Origin: a virus
Lineage: Duplodnaviria > Caudoviricetes
Strand: one strand, 5' to 3'
DNA: 51,123 bases
Virus record (IMG/VR): IMGVR_UViG_3300023218_000251
Span: 1 to 51,123 of that record
The notes under the pieces were generated by a model. That model was given only the letters and a program-made list of their open reading frames with translations. It was not told the origin of the DNA and made no database searches. The position numbers and the translations under genes are program-made. Position 1 is the first letter of the stretch; each line of letters starts with the position of its first letter. Positions 44,990-51,123 of the stretch are shown here, piece by piece.

Positions 44990-45292
44990 ATGGGGGTGCC
45001 GCTGACCGATGGCGAGCGGAGACTGCTCACCCACATCACGCTCTGGGGCAGCGACGGATATCCTGTCGCTCGACGAGATAGACGGTGGTTTCTGGAGACG
45101 GAGGGCTACGGCATCAAACATTCCGGCTCGTGGCCTACCAAGCGCGAGGCGGTGGCTGCCTTCGAGGCACTTCTGGATGCCTTGCGAGATCGGCACGCGG
45201 AGGAGTCGATGCGCCGCGCCGGAGCGAGTGAAGAACACATCGAGCGAGCCATCGCCGGGCGGGCAGCGGAGCACTTTCGTGACCGATCCTGA
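44990..45292 (+). CDS. Hypothetical protein
   Basis: GGAGGAG SD; 'WGSDGYPV...WPTKREAVAAFE'. Confidence 0.7.
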   Translation: MGVPLTDGERRLLTHITLWGSDGYPVARRDRRWFLETEGYGIKHSGSWPTKREAVAAFEALLDALRDRHAEESMRRAGASEEHIERAIAGRAAEHFRDRS

Positions 45293-45497
45293 ATGCCTCA
45301 GCCAAGCCCTCGATGTGGTCGAAGGCTTCATCCGCCGTGATTGTGCCGACAGCTCACCGGATGCGGAGCCCGACGTCTATGATTCCTGCGCCAGCCCGAC
45401 CTATCTCGCCGCGTTCGAGCTGCTCGTGGCCTGCGGCCGGGCCGAATGGGTAGGAGAGCCTGTCGGCCGGCGGGCGTTCATCCGTCTCTGTAGCTAG
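45279..45497 (+). CDS. Hypothetical protein
   Basis: GGAG + GTG; overlaps the upstream stop. Confidence 0.55.
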   Translation: MTDPECLSQALDVVEGFIRRDCADSSPDAEPDVYDSCASPTYLAAFELLVACGRAEWVGEPVGRRAFIRLCS

Positions 45498-45550
45498 GCG
45501 GGCTGGCAATCAGCAGCTTACACGGCCCAACACCGGCCAGGGAGTAGACA

Positions 45551-45877
45551 ATGGCCAAGCTCACGTTCCGCCGAGGCTCGCGGACGATCCGCCCGCTGGC
45601 GTGGGCGGAAGGGAACCTGTGGGACGGGCGGCGCGTCGTCGAGGTGCTGCGCTCCGATGGCGCGACGCTGCGACGTCGTGACGACGGCAGCTACAAGCGT
45701 GCGGGGCGGGACAGGGAGCGCCTGGACCCCCGCACCTGGATCGAGACCATGCGCCGCCTCGGCCACGCCGCGGGCATGATGTCGTCGTCCGGGCGCGTCC
45801 CGCCGCCGCGCGAGCGCGCGCTGCCCCACTACCGCCGGCCGGGCGTCGATCCGGCGACGAGCTTGACCGACGGCTAG
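45551..45877 (+). CDS. Hypothetical protein
   Basis: AGGGAG SD; 108 aa. Confidence 0.65.
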   Translation: MAKLTFRRGSRTIRPLAWAEGNLWDGRRVVEVLRSDGATLRRRDDGSYKRAGRDRERLDPRTWIETMRRLGHAAGMMSSSGRVPPPRERALPHYRRPGVDPATSLTDG

Positions 45878-46233
45878 AGCCCCGGCACCACAACCGACAC
45901 GGCCGCCCGCAGCAGCCCGAGCACCCCGCCCGTCGCCTGCGCCCCGCGCTCCGTGAGCGGCCCGCCGTGGACGCCGGCCACCTCGCGGGCCTCGCGGACC
46001 GCCGTCGGCGCCGGGCTCCCGTCCGGGCCGGGCCCCGCCGGGTCCACCCCCAGGCTCTCGGCACACCCGGCGACCGTCCCGAGGCCCAGCGCCCAGGCGC
46101 CCACCGCACGGCAGGAGCGCAGGACGATCACCGTCTGGTCGCCCCGGGCCGTCTCGACCGACTGGCTCACGTAGAGAGCACCCGCGCAGCCGGGCGCCAG
46201 GGTGAGAGCGAGACCGACGAGAGCGAGCTTCAT
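45874..46233 (-). CDS. Lysis-module lipoprotein (spanin-like candidate)
   Basis: MKLALVGLALTLAPG-C lipobox; hydrophobic C-terminus; last gene of the lysis cluster. Confidence 0.6.
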   Translation of the reverse strand: MKLALVGLALTLAPGCAGALYVSQSVETARGDQTVIVLRSCRAVGAWALGLGTVAGCAESLGVDPAGPGPDGSPAPTAVREAREVAGVHGGPLTERGAQATGGVLGLLRAAVSVVVPGL

Positions 46234-46466
46234 CCGCACCGGCTCAGCACGTAGGCCGCCACCCGCGCGAGGCCCTCCGCATCTCGCTCCAGGGCATCCC
46301 GCGCCCACGAGCCGAGGCCCTGGGCCAGGACGAGGGTGCTGGCTACGACCGCCCCCGTGGCCTCCGGGCTCAGGTCGAGCCATGCGGCGACCGCGTTGCC
46401 GAGGCCGGCGACCACCGCTCCCTTGCCGACCGTCGCCCGCGTGCTCTGCGCTCCTCGTTCTCCCAT
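46230..46466 (-). CDS. Holin-like membrane protein
   Basis: 78 aa, two hydrophobic segments, GGAGGAGG SD, next to the endolysin. Confidence 0.6.
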   Translation of the reverse strand: MGERGAQSTRATVGKGAVVAGLGNAVAAWLDLSPEATGAVVASTLVLAQGLGSWARDALERDAEGLARVAAYVLSRCG

Positions 46467-46496
46467 CGTGGCCTCCTCCGCCGCTCCTGCCAGCGC

Positions 46497-46988
46497 TCAG
46501 GCGCCGGCAACCTCGCCCGGCGCACGGGACAGCAGATCGAAGAATTCGGCTTCGGGCTCGCCTTCCTGGCGCGGATAAACGTAGCGGTTGCCCGTCCGCG
46601 CCCACCAGACGCTCCCCTCCCGCAGATCCAGATGGAGCATGGGCCAGCGCACGCCGCGGAACGACGTGTCGAAGTAGACGCCGACGCCCCCGAAGAGGCG
46701 CGACTGCACGGCGACCCGCCAGGCCGTCCGGATGTCCGACGCGGGGAAGACGTCGCCTGCGTCGGCCAGGCGGCCGACCGCGTAGTGGCGGGAGCCGGGC
46801 GAGTCGCTCGTGCGCGCCCAGGCGCCGGCCGCCGGCGAGGGGTGCACCGGGAACTCCAGCCGCTCGCGGTAGTCGTCCAGTGCGCGGATGAGTTTGGCAT
46901 CGACCCGGTCGAGGTCGGCCGGGTCCGCCCACTCCGCAGCGTCGAAGTGGCGGAGCTTGTGGTGGGCGAAGAGGTCGGCGGCGGTCAT
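46497..46988 (-). CDS. Endolysin, peptidase M15 family
   Basis: 'SRHYAVGRLADAGD' (SxH...D) and 'GVGVY...MLHLDLR' Zn-peptidase motifs. Confidence 0.85.
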   Translation of the reverse strand: MTAADLFAHHKLRHFDAAEWADPADLDRVDAKLIRALDDYRERLEFPVHPSPAAGAWARTSDSPGSRHYAVGRLADAGDVFPASDIRTAWRVAVQSRLFGGVGVYFDTSFRGVRWPMLHLDLREGSVWWARTGNRYVYPRQEGEPEAEFFDLLSRAPGEVAGA

Positions 46989-47341
46989 CCGCGCCGTCCT
47001 CCGAGCAGCGTCTCGACGCCCGCCTCGATCCGCGAGAGTCGCTCCAGGATCTGCGGATAGAGCGTGTCGAGACGATCGACGCGATTGCGCAGACTCAGGA
47101 CCTCCGTCTGTACCGCCCGCATGTCGCCCGCATCCCGGCCCGCGTCGTTTTTCATGTCGCTCATCCGCCCGTGGAGCTTCTCCTCCATCTCCCTCTGATC
47201 TTTCTTCACGCCCTGGACCGCCTTGGCCAGCGCGGCTGTGGCCGAGCCGAAGAGCGAGACGACACCCCCCAGGATCCACCGCCATTCGGCCTTCGCCGCC
47301 TCCACCAGCTCCTGCATCGGGCCGAGGTCGCCATTCGCCAT
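46985..47341 (-). CDS. Membrane-anchored coiled-coil protein (holin/spanin candidate)
   Basis: One TM segment followed by a coiled coil; ATGA-coupled to the endolysin. Confidence 0.65.
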   Translation of the reverse strand: MANGDLGPMQELVEAAKAEWRWILGGVVSLFGSATAALAKAVQGVKKDQREMEEKLHGRMSDMKNDAGRDAGDMRAVQTEVLSLRNRVDRLDTLYPQILERLSRIEAGVETLLGGRRG

Positions 47342-47354
47342 GTCCGCTCCACCT

Positions 47355-47813
47355 CTATTCCTCCTCAGGCACCATCGCCAGAGCATCCTCGATCCAGATC
47401 AACGCTCGCCCCACGGCCACCGGCAGGTCGGGCGCCACCACCTCCTCCGCCACCCGCGCCTCGATCTCCGTCCGGATCGAGACGAGCAGGTGCTCCACGA
47501 GCAAGCGCTCCGCGGGCTCGAGGTCGGGCGGAATCCGCTCGCGCACCCGCCTCTCCAGCCGGCCCAGATCAACCCGCTCCGCGCCCTCCACGTAGGCCTG
47601 CACGCCGTCCACGACACGCGCAAGCCGGCGGGCCTTGTCGGCGTCGTCGCCCACGTAGGAGAGCACCGCCACCTGGACCACGAGCTTCGCCCGGGCCTCC
47701 GAGGGCACGGGGCTCAGGCACCCGCCCGCCGCGAGCACGAGCGCCGCAAGCGCCGCGACCAGGGCGAGGATCGTCCCGCTCTCATGGAGCCGCCGTCGCA
47801 CGTCGTCGGGCAT
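47355..47813 (-). CDS. Lipoprotein
   Basis: AAGGAGGAGG SD; hydrophobic signal ending AGG-C. Confidence 0.7.
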   Translation of the reverse strand: MPDDVRRRLHESGTILALVAALAALVLAAGGCLSPVPSEARAKLVVQVAVLSYVGDDADKARRLARVVDGVQAYVEGAERVDLGRLERRVRERIPPDLEPAERLLVEHLLVSIRTEIEARVAEEVVAPDLPVAVGRALIWIEDALAMVPEEE

Positions 47814-47827
47814 CGCCAGCCTCCTCC

Positions 47828-48220
47828 TTAAAGCTGGAGCCGGGGGGCCGGCGGCGGCAACAGCTCGAAGGTCAGCGTCACCTCCTCGCCCGTCGACTGC
47901 GAGACCGCCGGCTCGGACTGGCTGCCCTGGCACTCCGGCTCGCTGTAGGCGTGGACGGTGGCCGTCCGGTCGATCTGCGCCCGCTCGACCTGCCAGCTCA
48001 GGGTCACGACCGAATCGGGCGCCGCCTCGGTGCAGCCCAGCAGCGTGCCGTCGTCCAGCACGACGCCGATCGACCCCACCGTATGACGGCCTTCCTCGTC
48101 CGCTGCGATCGCCGCCTCGACGGAGAAGACGCCGGCGTCCGGGGCCAGGGTCTTGGTCTCCTGGGCCGCGGCCGGCGCGGCGAGGAGAAGCAGAACGCTC
48201 CAGAGAATCGCGATTCGCAT
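47828..48220 (-). CDS. Secreted protein (Sec signal peptide)
   Basis: AAGGAG SD; MRIAILWSVLLLLAAPAAA-Q. Confidence 0.75.
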   Translation of the reverse strand: MRIAILWSVLLLLAAPAAAQETKTLAPDAGVFSVEAAIAADEEGRHTVGSIGVVLDDGTLLGCTEAAPDSVVTLSWQVERAQIDRTATVHAYSEPECQGSQSEPAVSQSTGEEVTLTFELLPPPAPRLQL

Positions 48221-48324
48221 GGCAGTCTCCTTCCGGCGGGCCTCAGGGGCCGCCCAGGCAATCTCCCGTCACGCTGCTCCGGTTGTCGATAACGGTACCA
48301 GTAGACGTGTCCGAATTACACTCG

Positions 48325-50997
48325 TCACCCGAGATCGGCCTCTATGTCTACGCTGCACATGATTTCGCCCCCGAGATCATCGTTTTGATCTTGATCGACC
48401 ACCAGACGCAGTTGAAAGAGTTGTGCCGTGTCGATGGTCCCAGTCACCAGCTCCGTCGAGGACCGAATGACGCTGCCACTGCCATCGGCCGCCGTCCACG
48501 ACGGGCCCGTGACTATAGTGGCAACCCCTCCGTTCGGCTCCTCTCCGTCATAAATGTCGACCTCTACGTGCCACCCGTCGCCAGGATCAACCCCGCCGAT
48601 GTTGCCTGCGACACACTGAACACTTTTAACGCGGACAGGACCAGTGACCATATGTAGGGATTGCTCGTAATTAGATCGACTCGCACAGGACAATATGCTC
48701 TGCGCATTGCTACCACCATCGCCGGCTAGACAGAAACCGTTGGCAATGAAACCGTCTGCTGAGAACCTTAGACTCTGAGGCGCGCCTGGTCGGAAGACGC
48801 CAGGACTTCCCGCATCGAGCACACCGTCTCCATCCGCATCCAGTCCTACTCCCCAGTCGACGTGATCGGTGAACCCATCTCCATCGGTATCGGTTGGACA
48901 CGCCATGAGGTTCGCAGCGTTGTTCCAGTCGACGTCGGTGAGGTCCGGACCGTTGGCAATCTCCGCGACGGGATGACACTTCGGATTCGTGTCGATATCC
49001 GAAGTGTCCCACTCGATGCGCAAAGTAGTTGCCTTGTTTGCGTGACCCTGCCGCAGCCGGTGGTGAAGGCAATTCTGCGTATCTCCGCAGCCGAACACAC
49101 GCAGAAACGAGCCAACGCCGTTGCTATGGGCGTTGGTGGAGCCAAGATCGTCGGGTTCGTCCCCAAGCCCTGCAAGCCAGACTCCGTTGGACGGGATCGC
49201 CTCCTCGCTCGATCCGACGGTAACCACTTCGGACGCATATTCACGTTGGTACCCGCGCGACGACTGCAAAAACGTTGTGGTTGCGGTCATTCTATGAGAG
49301 CCATACGGCACAATCTCGATGTCGCAGTTGTCCGAGGCGGGGTCACAAGATCCGACTGGAGATTCAGCGGTCTGCCGATCGCCATCACGATCCGACATGA
49401 GAGTCAGCTCGACTAGACAACTCCCACTAGTGCAGTCTGTAGCAGGATCGTAATTGACGGTCTCGACAATTTCGCAGGGAACGATCTTGGCGTCGATCGG
49501 CCCCCCATTGGCCGCCCACGTACCGGAAGTTGAGTCACAGGAAACACTTCCTGACCGCCCATCGAGATGAAAGCGGTTGCAGTCGTCTCCTACGATGTTC
49601 GGAGGGAGCGGGTATCGGAGAGGCGAGGTTTCTACGCCGCCGTTGTTTATCCATTGGGTGTCGAATTCCGTGTGTGCCGTGCAGTTCGTACATTCGGCCC
49701 AGCCATTTGCGCCGCCGCCGTTTGCGGTCGCGGCACTTGCGATGTAGTAGGCACCAAGAGACCCGAACGAGTCGGGATCCAGCGTGTCGTCATTGAGCTC
49801 GTCGAAGCCATATGCCAGGCATCGTCCGACCACAGTCTCTGCGGAGGTCCCAAGCAACGAAGTCTCGACCTCCCATTCTCGGTTGCCTGCAACGTTCAGC
49901 CGTACAATGTCGCTATCTACGGCCTCCGACTGGGATGGAAAGAGGACGACCATTCCTGTTCCGATCCCTTCCAGATCATCCCAGGCAAAACGAGACGTGA
50001 TGGTGTTATCGGCCCCGCCGTAGAAATGGTCAGCACCTGTCGAGCTCTCGGAGGCAGTCGTTTTGCCGCCGGGCATGCGATTGGTCACCGTCTGGCGAGA
50101 CAGGGAAGGTCCCTCGTCGCTCGAGGCCAACGTATGGCCTGGCGCGAACAGATCGGTCTTCGTACACATTGTATCGCCAGCGCCGGGAGACACGCAACGA
50201 AGATCCAACAAGCGGGACTCGCCGATTGTATGATTGATGGCAGATAGCTGTCCAAAAAACGGTTTCGTTTTGCTGTTGCCGTCGTACTCTCCGCCATCAA
50301 TGCTCAGATGGCTTCCGATCCAGGGTCCATAATTTGCAGGGGCGATCTGGGGGGCATCACTGTGATAGAGCGTTTGAAAGAAAGACTCCCGCAGGTTGGG
50401 GTTGGGAAACGGGGCCGTCGAAGGCTTCGGATTGCTCGTGCTGCTATGCCACCCGACGGCCTGATCCAGAATGCTTGCCAGAATTCGCTGCCCCCCCACA
50501 TCGAGCGCCCCGGTCATCGCCACGCTCCCGTCGGGCTTCAGCACCTCGCTGCCGAGCACGTCGGCCACCTGAACGGGGGTCAGGTCCTGGGGCGAACCGA
50601 TGCCTGCGCCCGCCGGGCGGCCTTTGATCCGGGACTGGCTCATGACGTCTAGGGCGTCGTTGGACACTTTGCTCCACAACCATGCGGAGCCTCCCAGGAA
50701 GGACACGGGGATTTGATTGTCGCCACTCGGGACTTGATAAACCGGAGTGCCTCCGGAACCGGAGGGACCCGACAGAATTCCGCCCGCAGGCGCGTCTGCC
50801 ATGTCGGCCAGTGCCACGCTCGCCGGCTGATGCCGCAGCAGCACATCGCCGGCGGCCACGCACGCCGGATCCGGATTGCCCGCGCCCACGCACAGCACCG
50901 CCTGCTGGTCGCCATCGGAGCGCAAGTCAGGGTCGGCCACGAGGGTGCCGTCGACCTGGAAGGTCGAGCCGCCCGCACCGCCCGCGATCTGCAGCCA
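48325..50997 (-). CDS. Main body of the ~1007-aa acidic, Cys/Gly-rich tail-fibre/receptor-binding-like protein (starts at 366)
   Basis: 'IKGRPAGAGIGSPQDLT', 'LKPDGSVAMTGALDVGG' fibre-type motifs; visibly lower-GC C-terminal two-thirds. Confidence 0.75.
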   Translation of the reverse strand, partial: WLQIAGGAGGSTFQVDGTLVADPDLRSDGDQQAVLCVGAGNPDPACVAAGDVLLRHQPASVALADMADAPAGGILSGPSGSGGTPVYQVPSGDNQIPVSFLGGSAWLWSKVSNDALDVMSQSRIKGRPAGAGIGSPQDLTPVQVADVLGSEVLKPDGSVAMTGALDVGGQRILASILDQAVGWHSSTSNPKPSTAPFPNPNLRESFFQTLYHSDAPQIAPANYGPWIGSHLSIDGGEYDGNSKTKPFFGQLSAINHTIGESRLLDLRCVSPGAGDTMCTKTDLFAPGHTLASSDEGPSLSRQTVTNRMPGGKTTASESSTGADHFYGGADNTITSRFAWDDLEGIGTGMVVLFPSQSEAVDSDIVRLNVAGNREWEVETSLLGTSAETVVGRCLAYGFDELNDDTLDPDSFGSLGAYYIASAATANGGGANGWAECTNCTAHTEFDTQWINNGGVETSPLRYPLPPNIVGDDCNRFHLDGRSGSVSCDSTSGTWAANGGPIDAKIVPCEIVETVNYDPATDCTSGSCLVELTLMSDRDGDRQTAESPVGSCDPASDNCDIEIVPYGSHRMTATTTFLQSSRGYQREYASEVVTVGSSEEAIPSNGVWLAGLGDEPDDLGSTNAHSNGVGSFLRVFGCGDTQNCLHHRLRQGHANKATTLRIEWDTSDIDTNPKCHPVAEIANGPDLTDVDWNNAANLMACPTDTDGDGFTDHVDWGVGLDADGDGVLDAGSPGVFRPGAPQSLRFSADGFIANGFCLAGDGGSNAQSILSCASRSNYEQSLHMVTGPVRVKSVQCVAGNIGGVDPGDGWHVEVDIYDGEEPNGGVATIVTGPSWTAADGSGSVIRSSTELVTGTIDTAQLFQLRLVVDQDQNDDLGGEIMCSVDIEADLG

Positions 50998-51123
50998 GCC
51001 CGCGCCGTCGCAGGGCGCGGCGGATGCAGGGCAGGCCCACAGCGTATCGTCGGCCGTCTGCAGACAGAGCTCGCCGGATGTGCCGCCCGTCTCGGCCGAG
51101 CAGTCGGCGGCCTGGCGGTCGAG
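50998..51123 (+). repeat. Terminal overlap, copy 2
   Basis: Identical to 16-141. Confidence 0.95.

Larger units (their letters stand above)
1..51123. mobile_element. Complete circular tailed bacteriophage genome (siphovirus-like, possibly temperate or phage-plasmid)
   Basis: Terminase, portal, capsid, tail tube, 1730-aa tape measure, lysis, replication and recombinase modules are all present. No tail sheath or host housekeeping genes seen. Terminal overlap closes the circle. Confidence 0.95.

Noticed and set aside
1-51123. Genome-wide TAG reassignment (alternative genetic code)
   Set aside because: Genes are full length under code 11, TAGs fall at natural gene ends, and several downstream genes have their own RBS. 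No suppressor tRNA was seen.

Overview
The window is an essentially complete, circular, GC-rich tailed-phage genome (siphovirus-like; the end 50998-51123 repeats 16-141). The minus strand carries a full late operon: terminases, portal, protease/scaffold, decoration, capsid, head-tail, tail tube, a frameshifted chaperone, tape measure, tail tip, and lysis genes wrapping through the origin. Two divergent early operons start at a Cro-like gene near 36.2 kb: replication genes run leftward and RecE/Sak4-like recombination genes run rightward. A tyrosine recombinase module sits at 23-25 kb. The main feature is an RNA-guided hybrid locus at 26.0-29.6 kb. It has a Cas12m-like (type V-U1) effector that looks nuclease-dead and C-terminally truncated, and a 10-repeat CRISPR array with no cas1/cas2. 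The trailer end of the array runs directly into the C-terminal half of an IS110/Nop-type (Tas-like) gene, followed by two stem-loop units with TIGR architecture (CCA-N9-TG-N3-CCCA-N9-YG). One spacer matches the phage's own protease gene at 34/35 nt, and a solitary repeat lies about 11.6 kb away, in front of the recombination genes. Other oddities are a candidate ~400-nt structured ncRNA, in-frame TAG junctions throughout the head/tail operon, no CI repressor, and an in-frame deletion variant at the contig junction. Family assignments come from motif recognition by eye; no database searches were run.
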